In this document: positions 51,845 to 64,000 of the stretch, in pieces
Layout: each line of letters opens with the position of its first letter
Position numbering within the stretch: position 1 is the stretch's first letter
DNA from: Octopus vulgaris
Taxonomy: Eukaryota
DNA length: 64,000 nucleotides
Direction: 5' to 3'
Assembly: GCA_951406725.2 (NCBI GenBank)
Contig: OX597825.1
Location: 34,534,001-34,598,000 of the forward strand
Position numbers and translations under genes: made by a program
The notes under the pieces: model-generated
Told to the model about the DNA's origin: nothing
Seen by the model: only the letters and a program-made list of their open reading frames with translations
Databases searched by the model: none

Positions 51845-52810
51845 CCTATAGACCTATCTCTCTGACTTCACACATCAGCAAAGTCATGAAACGGATAGTC
51901 AGAGGGAAACTAATCACATTCCTTGAAGAAAATAACTTGCTAAGTGATACCCAGTATGGCTTCCGATCAGTTAGGAGCTGCCTGACTCAGCTCTAACAAC
52001 ATTATGACTGGGTGTTGAGGCAGTTACTCAACAACTCAAATGTAGACATAATATATCTTGATTTTGCAAAAACTTTTGACCAAGTGGACCCCATGGTATG
52101 ATATGCCACAATCAGCATGATCTTGGCATAGCTGGAAAACTTGGAAAGTGGTTACATGACTTTCTGAAAGATGGAAGTCAGGCAATAGTTGTCAATGGAG
52201 CCACCTCAATGAAAACACAAATAGTGAGCAGTGTTCCACAGGGCACTATCTTGGGACCACTGCTTTTCATAGTGGCCCTCTCAGATATGCCCTCAACTGC
52301 CTGGATAGCCACCGTTGCTAGCTACGTAGACAATATGAAAGTCTTGCAGAAAATACAGAACCCCAGCGATGTTGCACATCTGCAGCAGGAGTTGGACTCA
52401 ATTTACAGATGGGCTGAGGATAATAATATGCAGTTTAATGCTGAAAAATTCAAAGCGCTGTGCTACCAGCATCCAAAACTGAATACGAAACTTACAGCGT
52501 ACACTCATCCACAGGGAATTTCAATCCCAGAGCCTAAATCAGTGAGGGACCTGGATATCAACATGAGTGATGATACCTCTTTCCAAGTACACATTACCAG
52601 GATAGCGACAAAGTTCAGACAACTGGCTGGATGGATCCTGAGAACATTCAGAATCATAGATAAGGAAACTATGATGGTCCTATGGAGGACATTCGTTCTT
52701 AGCCGCCTGGATTATTGCTCACAGCTATGGTCACCCAACAGTGTAAAATTAACAGTAGATCTTGAAGCAATCCAGCGAAGATTCACAGAGAAGATCGTCT
52801 CTTTGCAACT
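51845..52810 (+). mobile_element. CR1-like LINE RT fragment (same family as 26890-29060)
   Basis: YRPISLTSHISKVM, QYGFRS, VPQGTILGPLLF, SRLDYCSQLWSP. Confidence 0.92.
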
Positions 52811-52851
52811 GTTTGTGCAACTGCTTGTGCCAAAATCTGAAACCATTGTTG

Positions 52852-54750
52852 TTGTCATCATCATCATCATTAACGTCAGCTTTCCATGCTAGCATGAGTT
52901 GGATGATTTGACTGAGGACTGGCAAATCAGACGGCTGCACCAGGCTCCAATCTGATCTGGCTGAGTTTCTACAGCTGGATGCCCTTCCTAACACCAACCA
53001 CTCCGAGAATGTAGTGGGTACTTTTACTTGCCACCAGCATGAGGGCCAGTCAGGCGGTACTGGCACCGGCCATGCTCAAATGGTGCTTTTTATGTGCCAC
53101 CTGCACAGGAGCCAGTCCAGTGGCACTGGCAACGACCTCACTTGAATGTTTTTTTCACATACCACCAGCATGAGGGCCAGTCAGGGGATACTGGCAATGG
53201 CACACCCTCCCCATCTAGGTAATGGAAGCTATCAACTACTTCTAGTTTTTCTCCCTGTAATGTGGCGGAAGTTGTTCTCTGCAAATTTTCAGTGCTTATT
53301 GCTCCTGAGCCACATACAAAAACTATCCTCCCAGTTAGCCTTCCTTTGATATTGGTGCACCTCTTATGTGTCTATAGCTTACACTGGGTACATCTTATAG
53401 AGTTTCTACCTATGCCTTTTCTACAGATCGAGCAGGGCCATCTACCTGAAGGGATTTTTGGTTTGCCTGCCTTCCTACTTTTTAGGACTTTGGTTTTAGC
53501 TAGGTTGACTCTAAGGCCCTTCAATTCTAATCTTTGTTTCTACATCTGAAACTTCTCCTCTAGTTCTGATAGTGACTCAGCAATTAGAGCAAGGTTGTCC
53601 ACATAGAGGAGCTCCCAGGGGCATCATGTCTTGAATTCCTCTGTTATTGCATGGAGGAGTATGATAAATAGGAAGGGGCTGAGTACTGAACCTTGGTGGA
53701 CCCCTACCTCTACCTGGAATTCTTCACTATACTCGTTGCTAACCCTCACCTTACTGACAGCGTCCCTGTACATGGCTTGCACAGCTATCACTAACCATTC
53801 ATCTATCCCTAGTTTCCTCCTTGACCACCAGATAATGGATTGGGGGACCCTGTCAAAGGCTTTCTCCACATCAACAAAAGCCAGGTACAGAGGTTTATCT
53901 TTGGCTAAGTATTTCTCCTGCAGCTGTCTTACCAGAAATATAGCATCAGTGGTGCTTTTCCCTGGCATGAACCCAAACCGCATCTCATCTAAACTGACTC
54001 TTTTCCTAATTAGTTGGGCTATGACCCTCTCCATGACCTTCATTATCTGATCCAACAACTTGATATCTCTATAATTATTTGTAGCTAAAGCACTACTTTT
54101 ACCTTTGTAGCAGTTGACTATGGTGCTGCCACACCAGTCATGTGTATGACTCCTTCGTGTATCACCTGGTTAACTATACGGGTGACTAGGCTATAGCCGA
54201 CACTGCCAGATATTTTTAGCATCTCTGCAGTGGTTCCTGATGGGCCTGGGGCTTTCCCTGTCTTCATACTCTTAATTGCTTTATCTACCAAGGTAGTGTC
54301 AACTCAGATAGCTGGTCCCTCTGTTGGGTCAACATTCGGCCGACTCTCTTGCTCCCATTCATTCTCTTTATTGAGCAACCTTTCATAGTGGCGTCTCCAA
54401 ACCACTCTCTTTGCAGCCTTGTTTAGTGCAAGTGAACCATCATCCATGTGGACACACTTCTCTCCTATGACATCATGATTCTCTCTCACACTGTCTTGCA
54501 ACACGAAACATCTCAAGTCTTTGATCCTCACGACACAGAACATTGGCAAATTTTATTCTTATCTACTTCCCTTCTGGCTAAATAAACCTGTCTCCTAGCT
54601 TCCCTTCTAGCAGTCTGATACAATTCCCTGCTACCACCGTTCTTCCAGTCCTTCCAAGCCTGTTTCTTTTCTCTAATAGCCCTGTCAACCACATTGTTCC
54701 ACCACCACGTTACCTTTGAGTCGAAAGGGATCTTTGCACCATCCACAGTC
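52852..54750 (-). mobile_element. Degraded RTE LINE with 3' tail
   Basis: FGFMPGKSTTDAIF, AFVDVEKAFDRVP, GVHQGSVLSPFLF, PWELLY motifs. (GAT)n tail at ~52855-52870. Confidence 0.92.
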
Positions 54751-54779
54751 AAAGTCCCCTTTCGGTTTTTGTATTTGTA

Positions 54780-55200
54780 AAAGGGTGAATCATTAGCTTG
54801 TTGGACAAAATGCTTAGCAGCATTTCTTCCGGCTTTAACGTACTGAGTTCAAATTCTGTGGAGGTTGAGTTTGCCTTTCATCCTTTTGGGGTTGATGAAA
54901 TAAATACCAGTTGAACACTGGGGTCGGTGTAATCGACTTATCTCCTCTAAAACAGCTGGCCTTGTGCCAAAATTTGGAACAATTATTATATTTTTAAAAG
55001 GGGCGATGAGTTTGCAGAATCGTTAGCTCATTATACAAAATGCCTTATAAATATTCGTTTCAACTCTTTACCTTCTTAGTTTAAGTCCTGTTGAATTCAG
55101 CTTTGTCATGCATCTTCCCAGAGTCGATGAAATAGAGCCAACCTGAGGTCAAATTTAATTGACTAACTTCTTCCTCAAAATCAAGCCATCGTCCAAAATT
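54780..55200 (+). mobile_element. Two decayed SINE family B copies
   Basis: CTGAGTTCAAATTC and GCCTTTCATCCTTTTGGGG core. Confidence 0.7.
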
Positions 55201-56208
55201 ATAATGATGATTTAAATGAATCATTGAAATAACATTCTGATGGAAAACAATTGTTTTTCAATTAGTTAAGACATTGAATGCTATGAGCATTAAAAATCTA
55301 ATTATAAATTATAAGGTGGGCATAACTATAGATGTGTACCCCCCTCCATCACCCCGCCGTCGACTTTGTTGCCTCGTAATTTCCAGAAAATGGATACTTT
55401 TTAACAAAATTTTCAACAAATACCACTTAGATACTGTAGACTGAAAGTATATACAGATTTGTTGGGAAAATTTTTTTCAAGTGGTTGGGGAGAGGAATGT
55501 TGGAAAATTCACATGACCCGACTTTTTCCCCCCTCATAACTATATGAAAAATGGGTATCTTGTAACAAAGGATACACCACCTAATAGAAAAACAATAAGT
55601 TAGTGTTTATTTCATGTATTATTATCATACCCATCAAATCTATAGGACTACAGTTATTTTATCGCTGTTCTGCCCCTTTCATCCTCCCCGAGTCAATAAA
55701 AAGGTGTACCAATCAAAAAGTAAAATAAAAACCATGTCCGTTCGAGTTAGCCTTTGGTCATTCTGGGACCTGCATTCCATAGTACTTAGGTATTAATCAG
55801 CGACTGGGTCGATGTACCATTAATCGGTGGAGCTTAAAATGTTTCTCCTCACCTCAACAAATCTGCAACATCTTGTGTCAATGTTTTAGAAATTATTAAA
55901 TACATCATTAGAGCGGGACGTGAGAAAATCAGTGGCACAACTGATAAAAAGGCCTTGCTGTATTTAGTTTATGTCTCTTTTTCATTTTAAGTTCTAATCT
56001 CGCCAAAGTTGACTCTGCTCTGCCTATCATCGTTTTTGTTGATAAAATATAAATTAATTGACTGCACCCTTCTTCTCAAATTGTGTCTTGTATCTTGAGT
56101 TAGATATACTTATCACCACTGTCTGGAAGAAATTGTGTTGCTGTGAAAACCTGGTAATCATGAAATTTTCGTTCAACTAGTATCAATTTTTTTCCCTTCT
56201 TTATATTA

Positions 56209-56254
<46 letters not shown>

Positions 56255-57057
56255 TAACCCATAGCTCTCCCAGCATCTGGCATGTTAAGTAAATACAAAC
56301 AATTTGTTGAAAATGCAGTACCTCGAAACACCCCTCTAATCTATCTATCTGTCTTTCCATCCATGTCAATGCATGGAACTCTAGGCCCTTGATTCACTCT
56401 AATTTTTGCTGATTATTAAATAAAGCATACATACATGCTCGCTCATTACTGAAAGAAACTTTCAACAGCGTTCTCTAGAAATGGCCAAAAGAGACATTCA
56501 AGCAATGGATTCGATAAAGCAAGTAAAAAAAAACAAAAACCAGTTGCATCTAATTGTTTAATTGTTAGAATATACTTTGGATAAGAGGGATGAGCAAGGA
56601 TGATATTTGTGGTGTACGGTGAAAGAGATTTTTCACAAAGAATGAAAAAATATATATAATTAAAGAAAAATATAAACAATGGCCGTCCCATAGTCCCACC
56701 GACTGAATCTTGTAAAAGAGCTAGAAATAATAGAACAAGACAATACAAACTGTAAATGAATACATTTATATAGCTGTCATACACGCACAGAAATGTAACT
56801 GAAAAACATGTACATACATGCATACAGGGCGTTTAGTGTGTTTAGTCGGTATGAGGTTTGGAGAAGTGGCTTGTGGGTATCTCACAACTCACACCCATCT
56901 CTAGTTTTAAAAAAAGAAAAAGCTTACAGCCCCCTTAAATTTCCAGAAATACACCAATGCCGAAAGCAGTTGTTTCTTTTACTGCGTTGCAAAATTTCTG
57001 TTGGAGATTCTGTGTGTGTGTGTATGTATATGATATAATATATATATATATATATAT

Positions 57058-57089
<32 letters not shown>

Positions 57090-57090
<1 letters not shown>

Positions 57091-57478
57091 CGAAACATGA
57101 ACAAAGAGAAAACACAACAACATGGGAATGTGGAACAGGTATAGTGTTATTGGACGCTCAGGAAAGGAAAGAAAGAAGGAGGATTTAACGTTTCGAGCGA
57201 AGTACTTCATCAGAAATATAGAAAAAAGGAAAAGTCCAGGGAAGGGAAAACAGAGAAAGAAAATCGACAACGATACACACGCGGTCACATATTGAAATGA
57301 CCGGAAGGGAATGGGTGACGAAAAAGTTCTTTCAAAGACATGAGAGTGCAAGAGAAGGAGGCATGTGTGGGTATGTGCGTGCGCACAGGTCTGTGAGTGT
57401 GTGTGTGTAATGATAGCACGTGTGTGTGTGTGGTTGTCGCTGTTTATCTATGTGTGTGGTTGGGCTTATCGTTTAAGG

Positions 57479-57480
<2 letters not shown>
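57090..57480 (-). mobile_element. Penelope-like fragment with hammerhead-like motif at 57183-57217
   Basis: Minus strand reads ATTT-CTGATGA-agtacttcgctc-GAAAC-GTT-AAAT. Confidence 0.5.
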
Positions 57481-57512
<32 letters not shown>

Positions 57513-58235
57513 TATTTATATATATATGATATATATAATGATATAATATATGATATATATCTATATATATATGATATATATAATGATATAATATATGATA
57601 TATATCTATATGTATATAATGATATAATATATATGATATTATATATATATATGTATGTATATAATGCTATAATATATATATATGATATTATATATATATA
57701 GCTAAAACGTATTTTCATTTGCACGGACATAATGATAAGCATTCGCATACACATGTATCATAAATGCCTATGTTGATACATGTAGACATCTATCTGGTTC
57801 AGAGATTTTTTTGTGTATGCATAGTATCGTGAATATTGATTTTTATATGCACATTAAAATGCGTATGTGTGTGTGTGTGAATTTATGTGTATACGTATTT
57901 TGATGTGTGTGTGAATGTGTGCATAAGCGCATGCACACTAAGAAAATAACCCTTAGTTTAATGGGTCCCTAATTTTTAAAAATTCCAATTTAATGGGCTT
58001 TAAAACCATAGTAATTTCTAATTTTGGCATGAGGCTAACAACTTTGGTGGCAGGGGGGCTAGATGATTCCATCGATTCAAGTGCTTAAGACTAGTACAAA
58101 ATTGTATCGATCTCGGAGGGATGAAAGGCAAAGTTGATCTCAGCGCAGTTTGAAGTCGGAATGTAAAGAATTGGAACACTGCAAAGTATTTTTGCCGGTA
58201 CTAATGATTCTGCAAAAACCCGCGTTAAAATGCCC

Positions 58236-58494
58236 GGTACTACTTAAGGAGAGTGGTCCCGGTGCGCACACTCGCGCATGCGCGGTAGCTAGTCGTGACT
58301 AGTCGATCCTTACTTTGTGTTTTTTTTATTTACTTTGTTTAAAAAAAATTATTTACTTTGTCTAAAAAAAAATATTTATTTTGTGTTTTATTTACTTTGC
58401 TAGGTAGTTGTAGGATCGACTAGTCACGACTAGCTAGCGCGGATGCGAGAGTACGCGAGTGCGCGTACCGGGACCACTCTTTTTAAGTAGTACC
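58236..58494. mobile_element. MITE with long TIRs and 9-bp TSD (Merlin- or MULE-like)
   Basis: GGTACTACTTAA...GTCGATCCT mirrors AGGATCGAC...TTAAGTAGTACC. Flanks are AAAATGCCC and AAAATGCTC. Confidence 0.85.
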
Positions 58495-59499
58495 AAAATG
58501 CTCTTCAAATCTACTCCCTCCAAATAACTAGTAAGAATTACATCCTTTGGTACAGTATAACATATACTTTTGATTGCTAGTGGTCCCTAGTTAGCTTCGA
58601 TTTACCGGACACCTTTTCTTCTAGATTAGCAGACATCCCTTCCGTAAATAAAGAAGTTGCTGTGTGTATGTATACACAGATACAAACAATTATATATATA
58701 ATGGTTTATATGAATATGTATGATTTCTTTACCTAAGAACACTTGTTTATCATTACATCGTCTGCTTAAACGAGCTCTCTCTCTCTTCTCCCCTCTCGCT
58801 TGCTTTCTATCTCTCTCTCTCTCTCTCATTATGTGTGTCTTTCTCTTTTCACCTCTCTTTCCCATCTCGCTTTACTTTCGTTTTCCCTCTGATTAAAGCA
58901 ACTCGCTCTCTTTCACTTTCGTTTGCCTTTTCTCCCTTTCACTTTTTGTCCTTTCTTTATTCCTCCCCCTTTCCACCACACACAGATGAAGACATTTGAG
59001 CATAGCAAACGTGATTTCAGCTCTACACTAAAGTCAGTTTCATCAATTGACCATGTTAGAAATAACCGTTAAAGCTTCCTTAAATGACACAACTTAGAAA
59101 AAGATCCATCGAATAATGTTCTCGTGGATATATTGTGCACTCACGACAAAATGTCCACTGCTGGAATACCGTTACTCATTTATCTGCCCGATCGAGGCGA
59201 ACTAAAACTAAAAAACAAACAATGATAAGTTTCCTAACTTCTCAGAAGTTATAGAGGGGTAGTGGTGTAGTAAACAGGTTGGATGGTGTGCGAAAAATTT
59301 TGCTAAACCGGTTATATTAAAATTATTATCTGCAATATATATATTCTTGTAACCCACTGAGCCCAAGGTGATTAAGCCCATTGTAAAATTTTAATTGCAT
59401 TTCATAAATAATTTTATTGCGATCGTTAATTATCGTGTGTGCGTTTCGTTTCCTTTATGCCTATTACTTAGGCAATAAATGTGTTCTACTTATAAGCAT

Positions 59500-60150
59500 A
59501 TTCTTTTATCATTTGACTACGGCCATGCTGGAGCATCGCCTTAGAGGGGTATTTTTAGTCGAAGAAATCGATCCCAGGACTTATTTTTTTGTAAGTCTAG
59601 TACTTATTCTGTCGGGACACTTTTGCCGAACCGCTAAGTTACGGGGGCATGTAAACACATCGACATCGATTGACAAGCGATGTTGGGGTGGGGTGGGGGA
59701 CAAACATAGACACAAAGACATACACACAAATATATACATACATTTACGACGGGCTTCTTTCAGTTTCTGGGTACCATATCCACTCACAATGCTTTGGTCG
59801 GCCCGAGGCTATAGTAGAAAACACTTGCTCAAGGTGCCACGCAATGGGACTTAACCCAGAACCATGTAGTTGGGAAGCAAGCTTCTTACTACACAGCCAC
59901 GCCTGCACCTATATATATATATATTTATTTATTGCCCTCATGGGGCTAAACACAGAGGGGACAAACAAGGACAAAGGGATTAAGTCGATTACATCGACCC
60001 CAGTGCGTAACTGGTACTTTATTTATCGATCCCGAAAGGATGAAAGGTAAAGTCGACCTCGGTGGAATTTGAACTCAGAACGTAATGGCAGACAAAATAC
60101 CGCCAAGCATTTCGCCTGGTGCGCTAACGTTTCTGCCAGCTCGCCGCCTT
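59500..60150 (-). mobile_element. SINE family A (59500-59910) and SINE family B (59925-60150)
   Basis: Consensus motifs of both families. Confidence 0.88.
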
Positions 60151-60665
60151 AAATGATGAACAACTTCAATCGATTTTCGAAACTTATTAGGTTCTCATCA
60201 GAGGCGTGCGCGCAGACGTCGCCATGTAGTTAAGAAGTTTGCTTCCCAGTCACGAGAACACGATCAATCCTTCTCGGTGGTGGCAGTCACAGGACGCCCA
60301 GATTTTGGGTCATCTTCGAGACTCTCCCTTCTTTTCCTAAATTCACCTGCCCAATTTTGCACTGTTGCTAAAGCTGGACCGTAATCTCCTAATGTAGCAA
60401 CCATGTCAGCATGAATGTCTTTGGGGGCTAAACCCTTTTCCTGCAGGTACTTGATAACAGCGTGATGACAAATTTTGTCGATTTTAAAGAGAAGTCGCTA
60501 CTATTTAGTTTTAAAGTTTTTTTTGAACAGTCAGATATCAGTTTACATGGAAAGAAACAATACCGTTATTAAGAAGAGGAGTTGAAACCAATGCATGCAA
60601 AATTTCACAGCTCTAACATCACTCCTTCGTAGTCAGCATGTACGCTTTTCAACCCCACTCGCATA
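60150..60665 (-). mobile_element. Mariner 5' fragment
   Basis: Minus-strand AVIKYLQEKGLAPKDIHADMVATLG...SLEDDPKSGRP. Confidence 0.8.
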
Positions 60666-61934
60666 TATGTAGTTAACAGGCTTTTAAGCATTTTCGGGTG
60701 GTCACTTTCTTTCATTGGTTCCAGATGAGAGATTATTAATTTGTCTAGCTAGCTATATATACAGGCATGCTAAAATAATACATATATAATATAATAAAAT
60801 CATTGATGAGAACTACTGGTATTTTGTTAGAATGTAATTATTAACTATATAGCAGCAGTTCTTATATGCATTTTCCTTTATTATCAATCAATTCAATCAA
60901 CCATATGACATTTCATTTAACCTTAACCTAAATATGTCATACTGTTTCATTTAATTAGTTATTTATTGCGCATTATTTAGACCCAGAATTGCTATGATAA
61001 GGCAGATTTGTTGTTGAAAGGTCTTCCGTTTTAACCTTTTCCCCTTTTTTAGAGACATCGTTCATTGCATTTCTCTTAAGATGACCTGATGGGATTTGAC
61101 TACTATTTTTAGCAAATCGATCGAGTATATAGCGGGTCCTTCGTTGGCTCGACGTTAGATCAGTTCTTTCATTCGTTTGCTTAAATTCGCTCTGGTTTTT
61201 GAATAATAATTATAATGCGTGTGTTTGCGTGCGTGCGGACGCGCGCACACACACACACATATAGGTTTGTTGTTGATTTCCATCCCCTACCTTTTCTCTT
61301 TAATAATTCAATAAAACTACTAAATGCAAGATTAGACGGGTCTTCGTTTGTGCACAATAAGAAATATTGATTTTTCTCGAATACTCTGAAAGGCAATTTT
61401 TTTTTCAGAGTAGGCATGCATCATACTAGAAATCAGCATGTACCAACAGCATTTTAATTACTGGTATTTGTTTCATCGACTTCAAGCAGATGAAAGGCAA
61501 ATGTTGTCCTATGGGAGATATTTGAACTCGAAACTAAGAAAGTACGAGCACAAATACTGACTATATTTTAAAGGATACTAATAAATATATATCACAAACA
61601 AGTACCATTTAAATAAAATACTAGTTTCTTATTCTTTTAAACAGAAGTTGATTCATAATGTACGTACACACACACACACTTGAATTTACTGAGAAAGTAT
61701 TTAGTACAGTAAAGTAAGTATTACGTAGAAATTAAAATGTCTTGGCACTGTACTTCAAGTTTAGTGTTTCCACCTTACCAAACAGGAAAAGTTTGATAAG
61801 TGGAAACACGAAACTTCAAGTAACAGTGCCAACTTTTCGGATAGTGGTAGTAGTAGTAGTACTAGTAGAATTGTCTGGGTTTGGTTCAAGCAATTTTTAC
61901 AGGAATTTAGTCAATAATATTGATACCAGCATTT

Positions 61935-62480
61935 TGACTGGTACTTAATTTTATCTACTCCCGGAGAGATGAAAAGCAAAGTTGACTTCAGCGGAATTCG
62001 AACTCAGAACATAAAGAGCTGGAACAAACATCTCAAGGAATTTTTTGCCGACTGTCTAACGATTCTGTCAAATAATGATAATGATAATTCTTACCATTAT
62101 AGGCACAAAGCCTGACATTTGCGGGGAGAAGGCAAATCGATTATATTGACCTCCGTTTTCAATTGGTACTTATTTCCGCGACCCTGAAAGGATGAAAGAT
62201 AAAGTCGGCCTCGACGGAATTTGAACTTATTGCGGCAGAACTACTACTAAGCATTTTGTCCGATGCGCTAATCATTCTGCCAGCTCGCCGATTTTATCTT
62301 TTCTACTTTAGGCACAACGCCTAACATTTTTGGGGCGATGAGACTAGTCGATTATCGATCCCTGTGTTCAACTGGTACTTTCGTCAACTGACTTTAGTGG
62401 CATTTGAACTCAGAGCCTAAAGACGGATGAAATGTTGTTAAACATTTTGTTCGGCAGGTTAATGATTCTACTAGGTCAGC
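61935..62480 (-). mobile_element. Three tandem decayed SINE family B copies
   Basis: CTGGTACTT...GAACTC motifs repeated. Confidence 0.75.
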
Positions 62481-62632
62481 CAGCACGCGCAAATTTGTGT
62501 GGCTGGACGATTAAGTGGGGGAGGTGAAAAACGTTATACAGTATAAAATCGGACGAATTAAAAATTTATAAAAGAAAAATACACGTTCTATATAGAATAG
62601 TTCGATTAAATCAATTAAATTATGTATGTATA

Positions 62633-62689
<57 letters not shown>

Positions 62690-63430
62690 GGTCAGGCAAC
62701 TTGCCTGGGCCAATGCAGCTGTTTCATAGCAGCTGTCAGGATCTTCTGTATCTTCGACTTGATGTCCAGGTCTTCCAGAATTTGATCGATTTCTGTATGC
62801 CCTTTTTAATCTGCCGATACCTGTATGTCCATGCGTAAGTTTCCAGGGAAAGAGATCGTTGGATATTTCATCCTTGTTTCTCCAGCAGTGTCTTTCTTAC
62901 ATGTATATCAGGTACAAGAAACAAGACAATTCAATCCCAGATTGGTTGAATTTAGATACGTATGCGCTACAGGCCGTTTCGTACGCCATGCAATTATTCA
63001 TAATACGATCATTAGGCTCACTGGAACTCAGTCGATTTGAGTTCAAGTATGTTTTTATGATTGCTTAATGTAATTATTGGATGACGCACAATACAATCAA
63101 TAACCATAAGCTCATTTTTTTTGTTTTTACTTGTTTGATATGAGTATTCCCGTGACCTTTACAAGCTCTCCGTTGTAGATTAGATCAAAATCAGGAACGT
63201 TTCTCTTGAACCACTGCAAGTCAACATTTGCGGGAAGGACGAGAGAGAGAGAGAGTTCCATAAACCGTTGTTATCGAAAGGAAGGACTGGGCCAAATGGT
63301 AAGTGTAATACCCGAGGAGTGGACGCAATAAGAGTAATGGAGACAGGAGAGATGAGTGGGTTGGAAATTCTTTATTGGAGATACAGTAAACTCATCCCTC
63401 CTATCCGGCACCACTGGGACTTTCCTGATA
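62690..63430 (-). mobile_element. Decayed RTE-like LINE C-terminus
   Basis: Minus-strand HCWRNKDEISNDLFPWKLTHGHTGIGR and IDQILED resemble RTE-type ORF2 ends. Confidence 0.55.
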
Positions 63431-63534
63431 TCTGATCATCACTTTTTAAATTATCATGACACCTAACAAAAGTCATTAAGCTATACATATATCAGTGGTA
63501 TCGTTAATATTCTAAATATAGTAATAATGAGAGG

Positions 63535-63751
63535 AAGGCGGCGAGCTGGCAGAATCGTTAGCACGCCGGGCGAAATGCGTAGCCGTATTTCGTCTACCGT
63601 TACGTTCTGAGTTCAAATCCCGCCGAGGACGACTTTGCCTTTCATCCTTTCGGGGTCGATAAATTAAGTACCAGTAACGCACTGAGGTCGATGTAATTGA
63701 CTTAATCCGTTTGTCTGTCCTAGTTTGGTCCCTTGTGGGTAATAAAGAAAC
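63535..63751 (+). mobile_element. SINE family B, young, with 18-bp TSD
   Basis: ATATAGTAATAATGAGAG at 63516-63533 and 63752-63769. Confidence 0.92.
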
Positions 63752-64000
63752 ATATAGTAATAATGAGAGAAACAGGAATGATTAAAAGTGTAATTTAACT
63801 AAAGAACAAATTTAATTAAACCTAATTATATACAGGTACTGTAAGTGTTGTAAAATAAAATACTGTGCTTTATCTTGAGCAGCAACGACCCATTTTAGAT
63901 ATTGCAGAAAGTTGCTTTAGATGACAACACAAATAAATAAAAATCCCCTTGTCTCGAATTAATGATACATTCTTGTTTTGGTGCCAGTTGCTCGAAAGTT

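Noticed and set aside
55310-55800. Possible Helitron/Helentron-type fragment with internal subrepeats
   Set aside because: The ends cannot be defined and the resemblance is too weak to call.

Overview
This is AT-rich, microsatellite-dense eukaryotic DNA. The SINE families resemble those I recall from Octopus genomes, so a cephalopod origin is likely but is an inference. I could not identify any host protein-coding exon. The window opens with a compact, GC-rich LTR retrotransposon (1-4013) in Ty3/gypsy domain order: gag, a -1 frameshift cassette, then PR-RT-RNaseH-IN, with two disabling frameshifts. Its most unusual trait is the primer-binding site, which is the exact reverse complement of the FIRST 12 nt of tRNA-Phe rather than a tRNA 3' end. 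The rest of the window is nested mobile-element debris: three tRNA-type SINE families, CR1-like, RTE and R4/Dong LINE remnants, several Tc1/mariner relics, MITEs (one Merlin-like), a gypsy integrase relic, and Penelope-type inverted repeats carrying minimal hammerhead ribozyme motifs. A CpG-depleted domain (~21.4-48.9 kb) flanked by two CpG-retaining, promoter-like segments suggests the window overlaps a methylated transcription unit. Most ORF-track entries are microsatellite artefacts. Boundaries of degraded repeats are approximate.
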